Source: Octopus sinensis
Taxonomy: Eukaryota
Reading direction: 5' to 3'
NCBI RefSeq assembly: GCF_006345805.1
Contig: NC_042999.1
Location: 1,054,001-1,118,000, forward strand
DNA length: 64,000 nt
How positions within the stretch are numbered: the first letter of the stretch is position 1; each line of letters opens with the position of its first letter. Shown one piece after another: positions 12,891 through 26,260 of the stretch. Under the pieces are notes generated by a model. The model was given only the letters and a program-made list of their open reading frames with translations, was not told where the DNA came from and ran no database searches. The position numbers and the translations under genes were made by a program.

Positions 12891-13255
12891 AACAAGAGCG
12901 CTCAGAAAGTGCAAACCTCCGCCAAGGCAACACCAACGTTCTCTCAACGATTAGCCAGAAATGATTTTTAAATAGAGAATATCTGAAATAAATTCGACTG
13001 CTCTCACAAACGAGAATACTAAAAATGAACCCGACAGCTCTCAGTAATTAAGTAAAAACAAAAAAAGAAAAGAAAAATAATCTAGAATCCTTGTCCGGTA
13101 CTGGATCGATTCCAAAACGTAAGTGGTTCATGCCAGTCACGAGGCCAAACATCCCAGAATGTTTTATCTGAGACCATCCAGCGATTCCTGAGATATCTTG
13201 TTCACGGACAAACAATCAAACAAACACAACTGAAAACAATACCTCCGCTCTCGCT
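12891..13255 (+). mobile_element. Probable non-autonomous Helentron (DINE-1/HINE-like)
   Basis: Starts AACAAGAGCGCTCAG...CTCCGCCAAGG and ends GAAAACAATACCTCCGC, typical of this class. Confidence 0.55.
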
Positions 13256-13282
13256 AAAGAAGAATTCCCGAAATTCAAATTA

Positions 13283-13343
<61 letters not shown>

Positions 13344-13458
13344 TGTATAACATATACATTCATATATATGTATTATACGCACACAGATTATATATATGCA
13401 TAAATATATATATACATGTTTTTATTTTGTGTAGATATATGCATTATATACGCACACA

Positions 13459-13500
<42 letters not shown>

Positions 13501-13851
13501 TATATAATCTCGAACATTTCATTTAGTTGGCGATTGCTGATACTGAAACTTCGCCTTTCATTTCAGTTTGTGAATATTAAACATAAAAGGAAATTTTTTT
13601 TCTTCCAAAAAACAAAAAAGCCTTCCCCAAGATAATAAAAATGAAAATAACGACAGAAAAGAAAATACTCGTGTGTTAAAAGGGTTTCAAAGTAAGTTGC
13701 ATCCGTTGAATGGTAAGGAATGGTTCTGACATAATATACTTTACAAGACTATCACTCATTCTTAATTGAATCATTTTCTATTCTCAACGCAGTTATTTTT
13801 GAAACTTTCACTGAATTCACGTATATATACATACATCCATGCATTAAAAAT

Positions 13852-13889
<38 letters not shown>

Positions 13890-14143
13890 CAGACATATCT
13901 GCATATATATATGTATATGTACTTATATATACTTACATATACATAAATATATATATATATATATATACATAAATATATATATATATATATATACATATAA
14001 ATATATATACATATATACATGCACAGACACATATGAATATATATGTGTGTGTGTATAGACATACATATATGTGTATATGTATATGCGTATGTAAATGTAT
14101 GTGTATTTATGTGCATATGTATGTGTATCTCCATGTGCATGTA

Positions 14144-14175
<32 letters not shown>

Positions 14176-14286
14176 TTATTTATATATAAGCGTATGTATA
14201 TATACAAGCAATATGTGTACAAACACAGATATATATATATATATACGTTCACATATTCACAAATCCATGCGTATAATGTATATGCA

Positions 14287-14377
<91 letters not shown>

Positions 14378-14385
14378 AGTATATG
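13283..14385. repeat. Two long (TA)n/(CA)n/(CATA)n tracts (13283-13507, 13830-14385)
   Basis: Direct reading. Confidence 0.95.
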
Positions 14386-14949
14386 AACTCAGATGTAGTG
14401 GGAAGCGGCATGTTTGTGCATTAGAAAGAAAAAAATCGGGAAGAAACAGATATATTTCACACAGAAATGTACTTTTCTCAGATTCTTTTTTTCGATTTTC
14501 TTCTGATTTTCCAGTTTCTTACTTAGTTTCTCTTGGAATGAGGGTGAGATTTTTTTTCTGGTTTCTTTTGAAGCAATAAGATTAGGTTAATTCCACTTCG
14601 ACTTGTCTTCATAATTAGATCTGACTATCGACCTGTCAAACAGCTCAATTGATTACTATTTCGTGAACGATCATCAAGATGCTTCCTCCGCTAGCATCAC
14701 CAGCATCGCCACCACCATAATCGCCATTGTAATCATCATCATCGTTGTCATCATCATCACCATCATCATTATATTCATCTTCGTCAATTTTATCGGCATC
14801 ATCAAATTCATCATCATCGGCAGAATTATTTACTGACCAATTTATTTTCTTTATGTAACTCAACTAGTTACACTCATGCAATAACTACTAATACTACTAC
14901 CACTGCTGCTGCTGATGCTGCTAAGGCCTTTCGTTGCTGTAACCTATGA

Positions 14950-15080
14950 CAACGATCTTTATGTCGTTGATGAAAATGCCTCAGGCTTCTGCGAGATAGT
15001 GTTCTACAGCCCTCGCAGAATCAACCAGAGCAAACAAGGCTGAGAGCGCTGATAAGTAAAACAATAATAATAATAATAAT
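14950..15080 (+). mobile_element. Dong/R4-like 3' UTR remnant ending in (AAT)n
   Basis: CTCGCAGAATCAACCAGAGCAA resembles CTCACAGAATTAACCAGAGCAA in the 3' UTR at ~36630. Confidence 0.55.
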
Positions 15081-15099
15081 TTATTCTTTTCTTAGCCAC

Positions 15100-15610
15100 A
15101 AGGGCTCACATAAAATAACAGTAAATGCCATGCAACAACATAAAGGACAAAAACGGAACGTTACAATGGATATATGGAAACGATAAGAATCCTAGCAACG
15201 GGCTACAACAAATTGCCTTAGATGACAAGAACCTTGTTAAGTGCCCTAGCTGTCCCTAATAACACTGTTTTCTGCAGCTGTACTATTTCCCGTGTGTGCA
15301 CAATATAATAATAATATAAATTGAACGAATTAAAACTCCCAGTAGAAAAGACGCTTTAAAGTTCTCGTGGAAAACCCACAAAAGCTACGCCTGAACAACA
15401 GGGCAAGAACCCTTCTCCTTTGAATCCTTTTTTGCAGGTGAACGCTCAGAATTGGTCCTTTCATACTAGCCATTCTTCCAACATTCACCCACCTTTCAAC
15501 AAACTTACTACAAGGCAGCACTTCCCTCTCCACTCACAGCTCCCTTTACGAGTGAAAGTTGAAAAAATTGATGAGGGTTTGGCCAATAGTGACAGTGCTC
15601 CATGAACTCT
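15100..15610 (-). mobile_element. Probable 3' end of an L1/Tx1-like LINE
   Basis: Frameshifted ...MEREVLPCSKFVERWVNVGRMASMKGPILSVHL resembles recalled octopus LINE ORF2 C-termini. Confidence 0.45.
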
Positions 15611-15619
15611 CTTTTTCAG

Positions 15620-16110
15620 GAGCAAGATCCTTTTAATTGGTTCTATAAGACTGGAATTTTGGAATATGCGCATAAAAATCAGCAGTATGGGATAGATGTG
15701 GCAACATTACAATTTTGTTTTGGGTGTGTAAAGAGGGAAAAATACCCTCATCTGTAATTTTGATGAAATTCGAAACATAGATATTCCAGTTCGTTAGAGA
15801 AAATATAACATAAAAGTCTAATTCTTCAATTGTATGTAACTCGAGCAATGCCGGGTAACTCTGCTTGTACCATATATTACCTTATATATTTGCATTCATA
15901 CACATATCTCTACACGAAGATGTATACATATATGTATATATATATAAGAATATATTTATATGCATGAATGTATGTACATATATATACATATATATATCTA
16001 TATATATGAAACTGAAAATGTGTGTATGTCTGTCTATGTGAATCCCAAAAACGTGAGAACGACACAACCGATTTCATTCAAATTTTGGACATGCCTTACT
16101 TAGGGTCCAT
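15620..16110 (+). mobile_element. Helitron 3' end (hairpin CTCGAGCAATGCCGGG) and a nearby Helitron-like 5' start
   Basis: Hairpin at ~15840 like that at 6469; TCTATATATATGAAACTGAAAATGTGTG start at ~15999. Confidence 0.55.
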
Positions 16111-16317
16111 GAAATGTCATGAGCGAAGCTCTGGGCGCCATTGGGCTCACTGTCCACGGCTACGAGACCCCAGTGAGCGCTATGGCTTTGGTCTTACCAG
16201 TATAGAGAAACTGTCTTGGCTTGGCTTGGCTTGGCTTGGCTTGGCTTCTACTGAAACTAGGTAAATAGATTCTTCGAACAGGGATAGTCAGTAGCGACAC
16301 CTGCTGGGTCTGACTAC

Positions 16318-16360
16318 GCTGCATTGATAAAGGGCAAATACCCTGAAACATGTCTGCAGC
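16318..16360 (+). ncRNA. Minimal type I hammerhead ribozyme, U3-A8 variant
   Basis: GCUGCA-UUGAUAA-AGGG(CAAAUA)CCCU-GAAA-CAUG-UC-UGCAGC; perfect 6-bp stem I, GUC triplet, palindrome ACAUGU. Confidence 0.8.
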
Positions 16361-16710
16361 TGTCTGACTGGCAGGATGAAGCGGCTGACCTCCCCTGTTC
16401 GAAGGTTTATAATGGACGCAGGTTGTGTGTCAAATAGCTAGCTTGAGGCGGTGGCCTCTTGGAGCTAATCAGCGACAGCTTTAGTCGTATATCTATAAGG
16501 CTGCCATATTAGTATGGCGATAACTATATATATACATGTATATATGTATATGTATATGTATACATGTATGTCTCGATGTATATATATATATATAGATGTA
16601 CATGTAATATATACACACATATATATATACATATATACATGCATACATATATACACCCATATACACACCTCCACCCACCCACCCACACGCACACACACAC
16701 ATACACAGGT

Positions 16711-17010
16711 GCAGGTTTGGCTGTGTGGTAACAAACTCGGTGCCAAAACACATTGTCCTCAGTTCAGTCCCACTGTGTGGTAACTTGGCATGTGTCTTCT
16801 GCTAAAGCTTCAGACCAACCAAAGACTTGTCAGTGGATTTTGTAGACAGAAACTGAAAGAAATCAATTGTATGTATATGTATGTATATATGTAAGTCTGT
16901 GTGTGTCTTTGTGTTTCTTCCTCATCACTGTTTCACAACTGGTGTTCGTTTATTTACATCCCCATAACTTACTTGTTTCACAAGAAGAAACTGATAGAAT
17001 AAGTACCGGA
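16711..17010 (+). mobile_element. SINE family B, degenerate
   Basis: Homologous to 2348-2752. Confidence 0.8.
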
Positions 17011-17121
17011 CTTATCAAAATATAAAAAGGCACTACGCAGTGTCTCATATTTTTGTTTGCCCACGCAGTTGTATCTATCAATTTATCTTTCTGTGTGTGA
17101 GTGTGTGTATGTATTTACATA

Positions 17122-17179
<58 letters not shown>

Positions 17180-17183
<4 letters not shown>

Positions 17184-17383
17184 TAAACAGTAAAAATAAT
17201 TACAGACATGGACAAGAACATGAAACACCACAGAGACGACACAAGAACCACAGGACGGGACATTCGAAGCCCTCAGTCATCAGTCAAGAACCAGATCATC
17301 TTAGCAATTTCGGCTGATTAATCTTGAGATTGCTCCGATATGGGCAGCCCGCCAAGGGAAATCTAAGCCAAGCGCATTAGATC

Positions 17384-17390
<7 letters not shown>
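17180..17390 (-). mobile_element. pLTR-like element between (TA)n tracts
   Basis: Shares AATTGCnAaGATaATCTGG..CTtGaCTGAnGA...CGAAT with 45820-45875 and 61840-61900. Confidence 0.55.
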
Positions 17391-17421
<31 letters not shown>

Positions 17422-17489
17422 ATTTCGTAGACAGGAACTGAAACAAATCAATCGTATATATATGTATGTATATATGTAAGTGTATGTGT

Positions 17490-18100
17490 TTTGGTATTGG
17501 CAACATGAATGACAATCGCCAGAGACTACTTGAATTTTGCACATACCATAACCCGTGCATCACCAACACATTCTTTGCCAACAAGACATCCCACAAGGCA
17601 TCTTGGAGACATCCAAGATCTCACCACTGGCATCAGCTGCATCTCATCATTACACGAAGAACCTTTTTGAATTTTGTTCAACTGACCCGTCGTTACCACA
17701 GTGCGGATTGTGACATACATCATTCACTAATAAGAAGCAGGGTGAGGATTCTGCCTAAGAAAGTCCATCACTCCAAGAAAATGGGCCGACCACACATTAA
17801 CACTGCCAGAACCTCGGATCCTACACTACGAAAATGTTTTGCTGTTTCTATCAAGGTTGCCCTCGGTAGCTGCCCAACCTCCTCTGCTGAAAGTAGGTGG
17901 AATTATATCAGGGAAGCTTTGTATACCACATCAATAGATACTTTCGGCATGAGAGAAAGGCAAACCCAGATTGGTTCAGTGCTGGGCTCTCAGAGCTGGA
18001 AACAGTTATCGAGGCAAAGCGTGCAGTTCTGATGCAATACAAGAGTGATTCTTCTACAAAGTCACTCGAAGAACTCAGAAAGGCAAGAAATAAAACCCAG
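17490..18100 (+). pseudogene. RTE-clade LINE fragment (end of APE endonuclease plus linker), frameshifted
   Basis: FGIGNMNDNRQRLLEFCTYHNPCITNTFF...SWRHPRSHHWHQLHLIITRR...SADCDIHHSL; continues NPDWFSAGLSELETVIEAKR after a frameshift. Confidence 0.9.
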
Positions 18101-19440
18101 TTGGGTGAACTGGAGGTATGTGAAATAAAGTGTCTTGCTCAAGGACACAGAGCAGCGCCGAAATCGAAATCATGACCTTAGATGAAGAGCCGAATACCCT
18201 GAATATTAAGCGACGCAATAAAACAAGTACCAGTTAAGCACTAGTGTCGAAACCATCGACTTACCCCTCCTTTAAAATTATTGGTCGTTGTACGATTAAT
18301 TTTATTGACTTTAATTCTACTTTTCATCCCTAATAAGATTTGAACCTGAAGAATCAGATTTAAATACTGCCACGTCTTTACGTTAATAATTCAGCCAACT
18401 TCCCCTCTTCGTCTGAATGGAATAACAGAGAAAAATAATGCATTTACGCTCTCGCTTTAAGTCACACCGACACTTCCGTACAATCTATGCAATAACAAGA
18501 TCACTTTAAATGTCGTACGTATTTACGTAGTTCTACATAGCTTTTCAAATAAATAAAATCATATCAATGATCTATAATGTTATGGAAATTAATTCGATCA
18601 CAATCACAATGTATTAATCTATCAAATAAACACAATGAAGGATTTTGAAAGATCATGGCGAACGTCCATTTCAAACTCATCGACCGCTTTGGCAATACTT
18701 GGAGATCTACCACTACAAATCAGCGATTCTTAATAGCCCGGGCCTTTCTCAAGTGTTTGACAAGATTAAATATATGTCAGATTCGAGGTGCTAATTGATA
18801 TAGACATGACATGAAAGTTGGGGTTTAACTTAGCTAATCTCCTAGGGGAAAATATGTCAAGCTTTCGTTTCCAGTAGAAATATGTCTGTTAAATTACATC
18901 CATTGAAATCATTGACACATATTCTTGGAACAATTCCTTTTTGTTATAAGGCATACAGACAGAGCCTCTCAATCCTATTAGAAGAGTAAAGAATCTCTAA
19001 AACCGCAAACTTTCTCAAAGACAATGCCAAAACACTCCATCAGAATCTAAGACTAAACTATGTTATTGATAGGATAATTATAATTGTTGTTAAAGTTGTC
19101 ATTATTTAAACGCATGCGCAGTGATTTGGAAGGACTACTAGCGCAGAAGATTCAAATCTTTCAGTACTCACATTTTGTTTTTACACTTAGTGTTCAAACC
19201 CTAGGAATTAGGATATTACCTCCTGTTCCTTTAAGGATAATAACATCCACACCAGTCATAAAAAGTCTAGGCAATCGATTCCAAACGATTTATCACAGCC
19301 TTTCTTGGCACAGCCTATTCCTCGTTGAAGATTCGACACTGACTTATTTTACATACGATCTTTTAATGTTACTCTCTCATTATCTCCCTCCCTATATCTC
19401 TTCTCTCCGCATCTCTTTTCTCCCTCTCTTTGTATATACA

Positions 19441-19525
<85 letters not shown>

Positions 19526-19699
19526 TTACTTCCCCTTAACTTAGCGGTTCGTCAAAAAATGCCGATAGGATAAGTACTAGGCTTACAAAGACTAAGTCCT
19601 GGAGTCGATTTCTTCGACTAAAGGCGGTACTCAAGCATGGCCGTAGTCAATGATTTGATAAGCAAACTGCTTACCATGCAGCCGCTCCCGCGCCTATAT

Positions 19700-19767
<68 letters not shown>

Positions 19768-19996
19768 GACGGGCTTCTTTCAGTTTCCGTCTACCAAATC
19801 CACTCACGAGGCTTTGGTCGGCTCGAGGCTATGGTAGAAGACACTTGCCCAAGGTGTCTTGACTATTGAAAAGTTTGCAAGACGCAACGAAAATTGTAGG
19901 AAAATAAAAATAAGAAATAAGTGGAAACTTTACCGGTGAGTGCGTTACATTATAAGGCACAAAAAGAAAATGACTCTCCCCAGACACAACAGAATA

Positions 19997-20043
<47 letters not shown>

Positions 20044-20050
<7 letters not shown>

Positions 20051-20971
20051 TAAATAAAACATATGCATATATATATATACATATATGTACGTACCTTCCT
20101 CTACATGTATATATACACGCATATATGAGTACAGGACACCAAAAAAACGTCGAACACAATGAGAAACGGAAACATAGACACAAACCCAAGGAACTGGACA
20201 TTTTTCTTAAACAACAAAAAATATAGAGTACCAGACAAATAACACAAGGAAAAAAAACCCTTCTTCTGTCGCCATGGTTTCATCTACTCTACGTTTCGAA
20301 GGTGAAGGCGAGACGTATTTTCGATAGAAACTTTCCTTCCTGCGAAAAGCAAATCAAATAAAATTTGAGATCTTTTTGCAGATGGGTAAAAATGATAACA
20401 AAAACAGGACAGTAACGACAGTACAAAATATAAGCAGTAAAAGACAGGACAAGGAAAATAACAAGACAAGAAGGGCTGTTAAGCCGAACGAAAAAAAGTA
20501 TTACGAACGCTATTTCTGTGGACGGCGAAGGGGGCAAAGAAAATTGCCGTCCACACCTCAAGAAGGTCAGGCGAGAAAGAAGGTGGCAAGGCTCTCGTCG
20601 CGGGTTAACGGCGGGAGGGAGGAGGAGGAGTAAGAGAAAGGGAGAGAAGAAAGGGGAATGGTTGTGAGAGAACCAGAAAGAATGAAGAATGAGAGAGAGG
20701 GAGAGAGAGAGAGAGTGAAGAATGAGAGAGAAGGAGAGACAGTTAAGTAGAAGAAAAGGAAATCAAAGAATGAAGGCTGAGAAACGGAGGGGACAGAAAG
20801 GTTAAGAGTGCGCATCAAAATTAATATCAAGAACAATCTTACTTAGAAAGGGATGCGTGCGTTCCGTCATATAATATATTAATAAATAAAACATATGCAT
20901 ATATATATACATATATGTACGTACCTACCCATGCATGTATATATACACGCATATATGAGTACAGGACACCA
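20044..20971. repeat. ~97-bp direct repeats (20044-20141, 20875-20971) bracketing ~730 bp
   Basis: ATATTAATAAATAAAACATATGC...GAGTACAGGACACCA occurs twice. Confidence 0.85.
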
Positions 20972-21618
20972 TATACATGTAACCTTGTCTCATTCTGTAT
21001 ATCATTCTGAATATCTCCTTATACTACGTTAAGGATATGCCTACCTGTGAAGTTCCCTGCTACTTCAACGTTAATTTCACGATCCGGCCTTTCTGTTGCT
21101 TAGTCCAACTGGAACACCCACCTTCTTCACCAACTGACTGCCAGCATTTTCATTCTCCTACTTCTTGAATTCAAATTTTGCTTAGTTTAATTGTGAAGAC
21201 CGTTAAATCATGAGCGATTTTCTCGTTTTGGCAAATTTTGTTTGGTAAAATAAGAATTTATCTTTCATAAAATCATATTCGTTTAAATAAGTTCCAGCAA
21301 ATAACGAACCCATTCAACTGGAATGTCTATATATGGAAGAAAATTGATGTTCTTTCAGGTCAAAATAAATAATTTTTGTTGCTTGTATAAACCCAAGTCA
21401 GCTTTAATCAAGCAGAATGATAATAGTGTACAGATGGAGAAATGTCAAAGGAGAGGCCATGGATGTATTGTTTCACAAATATCTTGTCTCGGTTTAAAGT
21501 AGAAACCTATTGAGCTGTAGACGTATGATGAATATGTAAAATGATATCAATTATATGAAAATTTTCGAGTGTATTCACACAAACGTATGAAATTATTTTT
21601 AAGACTCCGGGTAATATT

Positions 21619-22192
21619 TTTTTCTAATCTAGGCACAAGGCCCGAAATTTTGGAGGAGAGGGGCCAGTTGATTAGATCGACCCCAGTACGCAACTGGTAC
21701 TTAATTTATCGACCTCCGAAAGGATAAAAGGCAAAGTCGACCTCGGCGGAATTTGAACTCAGAACGTAAAGACAGACGAAATACCCATTTCTTTACTACC
21801 CACAAGGGGCTAAACAGAGAAAGGAAAAACAAGGACAGACAAACGGATTAAGTCGATTATATCGATCCCAGTGCGTAACTGGTACTTATTTAATCGACCC
21901 CGAAAGATGAAAGGCAAAGTCGACCTCGGCGGAATTTGAACTCAGAACGTAAAGACAGACGAAATACCTATTTCTTTACTACCCACGGAGGGCTAAACAC
22001 AGAAAGGACAAACAAGGGCCGACAAACGGATTAAGTCAATTTCCTCGACCCCAGTGCGTAACTGATATTTAATTTATCGACCCCGAAAGGATGAAAGGCA
22101 AAGACGACCTCGGCGGAATTTGAACTCAGAACGTAACGGCAGACGAAATACGGCTACGCATTTCGCCCGGCGTGCTAACGTTTCTGCCAGCT
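21619..22192 (-). mobile_element. SINE family A, trimer with variant terminal tail
   Basis: Junctions at 21778-21791 and 21961-21974; 13-bp TSD TCCGGGTAATATT at 21606-21618 and 22193-22205. Confidence 0.9.
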
Positions 22193-22289
22193 TCCGGGTA
22201 ATATTGAAAGATAAATATTCAGGCTCACACTCACACACACACACACACATACACATATAGTATATATAAACACATGAAAGAACTGCTAA

Positions 22290-22605
22290 TCTGTCATATA
22301 CGACGACGAGGGTCTCAGTTGATCCGATCAACTGAACAGCTTGCTCGTGAAGTTAAGGTGCAAGTGGCTGACCACCCCATACCAACGCGTACCCTTAACA
22401 TAGTTCTCAGGGAGATTCAGTATAACACAGAATGAGACTAGACTGGCCCTTCGTAATACAGGTACAGCTCGTTTTTACCAACTGAGTGAACGAAAGCAAC
22501 GTAAAATAAAATGTGTTGCTAAGGGACATAACGCGCCGCCGTGAGTCGAACTCGTGGCCTTATGTTCGTAAACTGAACACCCCGACCACTAGGCCACGCG
22601 CCTTC
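22290..22605 (-). mobile_element. SINE family D (different head, tail shared with family C)
   Basis: tRNA-like head at 22500-22605, C-type tail at 22290-22470. Confidence 0.75.
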
Positions 22606-22747
22606 TGTAGATTAGACTACAGAAACAAGTGGTATACAGCTTTGAAAGTATGAACACTATCGGCTTTTATTTATATTAAGTTTCTTATTCACTAATATCA
22701 CACCATAAATATTTCTTAATATAGCCATCTATGTATCATGGGATGGA

Positions 22748-23125
22748 AGCACTCCGTCGGTTACGACGACGAGGGTTCCGGTTGATCCGAATCAATGGAA
22801 CAGCCTGCTCGTGATATTAACGTGCAAGTGCCTGAGCACTCCACAGACACGTGTGCCCTTAACGTAGTTCTCGGGGATATTCAGCGTGACACAGAGAGTG
22901 ACAAGGCCGGCCCTTTGAAATACAGGTACAACAGAAACAGGAAATAAGAGTGAGAGAAAATTGTGGTGAAAGAGTACAGCAGGGATCACCACCATCCCCT
23001 GCCGGAGCCTCGTAGAGCTTTAGGTGTCTTGCTCAATAAACACTCACAACGCCCGGTCTGGGAATCGAAACTGCGATCATTTGACCGCGAGTCCGCTGCC
23101 CTAACCACTGGGCCATTGCGCCTCC
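22748..23125 (-). mobile_element. SINE family C, full length
   Basis: Head GGAGGCGCAATGGCCCAGTGGTTAGGGCAGCGG...GGTTTCGATTCCC; hairpin-rich tail. Confidence 0.9.
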
Positions 23126-23439
23126 TACTATGTATCATACTTAATACCTAAATGTATATGCACCGTTGATAAGCAATTTACAGCGGTGTTCGTCTGAGAT
23201 AAAAAATGTCTTATGGACAGGCTGTGTTAAAAACAATATGTATAAGAAGGAGTCGAAAAATTGTCCCTCCCGGCAGCAGCTAGTAAGAACACCAAGTGCA
23301 TTTCGGCCTTTTGGGGCCTTAGCAATGACGTGTACTCGCAGTCAGCCACATGCCCAAACAGGTTTCGTTGCCTTCGATACGGAACACAGTAAGTATTAAC
23401 ATCACTGATGTTTGCGAATAGTCCCTGTCTCGTTGAGTT

Positions 23440-23580
23440 CAAATTCCGCTGAGGTCGACTTTGCCTTTCATCCTTTTGGGATCGATAAATTAAGTACCAG
23501 TTACGTACTGGGATCGATCAAATCGACTGCTCCCCCCGCCCAAGAAAATCGGGCTTTGTGTTTAGAGTAGAAAAGAATAT
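23440..23580 (+). mobile_element. SINE family A, variant-tail copy
   Basis: GAGTTCAAATTCCGCTGAGGTCGACTTTGCC with a tail like 21619-21670. Confidence 0.8.
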
Positions 23581-25455
23581 TTTCTCCCTTAAATCACACA
23601 TTTTTTCGTCTGAAAATATTTACTTTTATTTACCGAAAAGGCTTCAATTGTTTTTCAGTACGTAGTGCGCCAAAACGTCACCGTGTGTAGTGCTCATAAA
23701 ATCGACCAAAATCGGTCCGGAGAGGGGAAGATGGAGCGTGGGTTAGAAATTCATCATTTTTCACTTATTAGTTTTGCTAGAAAGATAGTCAAGATCATTT
23801 CCAAAGGCATCTTGAAAAAAAAAAACATCTGAAAAATCCCCGTCAAGACGGAGAAATTCTAATATGTTGTCATTTCCTAAATCCGACGTTAAATGAAATT
23901 TCGCTAAACAGGGAAATTCGCCGTGAGGCAAATTCGTCGTATGGGCAATTGTAACATTTTTTTTTAAATAAACAAAAGAAAGATAAAATGTTTTGTAAAA
24001 GCATTAAATAGACAATTCTTTATTCAACGACAAACATTAAACAATATGTGATGAGGTCATATTAAAAACAAAAGTTTTTCCGGCGAATTTTCCAGCAAAA
24101 TAAATGTTTAAGGCGAAATTTCCTATAACAGTCATACGTTCACTGATTTTGCGCATAACCGTTGGGCTGAATAATAAATCAATGTATGCAATTCAAATAG
24201 AATTAAATTAAAACATTCATCCATGTATTATACTTAATGTATTGCACACCGATGACATGCAAGTTACTGCGGTCTTCGGCCGAGACTTTAATTCGATATT
24301 TCTTCAATTGCCTACTCCGGTTTATTTCCCAATAGATTTTAATGGGTAGTTAGATACAGTTCTGACCGTTCTTATGATTAACGAGACATTGGTATCAAAG
24401 CAGATTAAATAGATCTGACACATTTAGATCGCTTTGAGTCCGTATCTTTAATTAAATATGGCAACACTGAAATAGTTTTCAAAACAGAAAATATCATTAA
24501 CTGAGAAATAGACCCAATACAATAATTTCAAGAATGAAATCAATAATATCTTGCCTTAAAACGAGGGAAAATTTAATAATGAATTATACACGAGAATTAC
24601 TACAAACACATTATTATGTACTTTAGAATTTCAGAGTAGAATAGAAATTCTCAAGACCTCCACAGATCAACGAATACAATCAATTCTGAAGTGACCTACA
24701 AATTATACACTTAATAGAACCTTAAGAATAAAACACGAATTTGAATAGAACAATGGTTCTGGTGACTAAACTAATGTGAGCCTAAGTGTCCAATAAATGA
24801 CAAAAGAAAAGAAGATAACTCTCCAGTTAAACCAGGCTTAGCCAACGAAATATATATATATCAATTGATGAATAACAATTCTTTTATTCAAATCCTAGAT
24901 ATTCGCTTCTGATTATGTCTCTCTCTTCTTAATGATCCCGAAATATGACAGCATATATGTCATTACGCAGTCTACTGCGGTAAAAATCTGTCCTCATTAA
25001 TCTTTATGTGAAACAATAGTCGGTGTTAAGAGTCTTCTTCAAAATGGCCCTTTGATCATAAATTCAAAAGTGCGTCCCTTTAAGAAATGATGCAAATCTA
25101 ATTGAAGTAATAACAGATATTGATAATTTCATTTCTAAACCAGGCTCAGTGTTTCGTGGCTAATAGAAAAAGGAATGACACATGACAAACCATAATTTCT
25201 CAAATACTTCGAGTGGATATTGAAAAGAATGTGAAATAAGAAGAGAAAGAAATAAAGATAAAAATAATGGAGTGAAAAGGGTTCGCAGCAAAAGACGACA
25301 GAGTGCTATGCATACATACATACATACATACATACATGCATACAATATCTATCTATCTATACATATATATATATATATGCATACATACGTACATATATAT
25401 ACACACGTACATATATACATATATATACATACACAGACACACATATATATATATA

Positions 25456-25486
<31 letters not shown>

Positions 25487-25604
25487 CATATGCATGTGGG
25501 CTTTATTGCAATCGCACCAATTTACTTGTATGCGCTTGTACTCACACATATGTGAAAAGGTGGATGCGCAATGACCCAGTGCTTATGTGAATATATGTGT
25601 GAAT

Positions 25605-26260
<656 letters not shown>

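Noticed and set aside
14645-14863. Acidic Asp-rich ORF
   Set aside because: Derived from a degenerate (ATC)n tract.
18500-19440. Possible decayed retroelement ORF and the 151-aa ORF at 19084
   Set aside because: No recognisable motif in the frames I translated.
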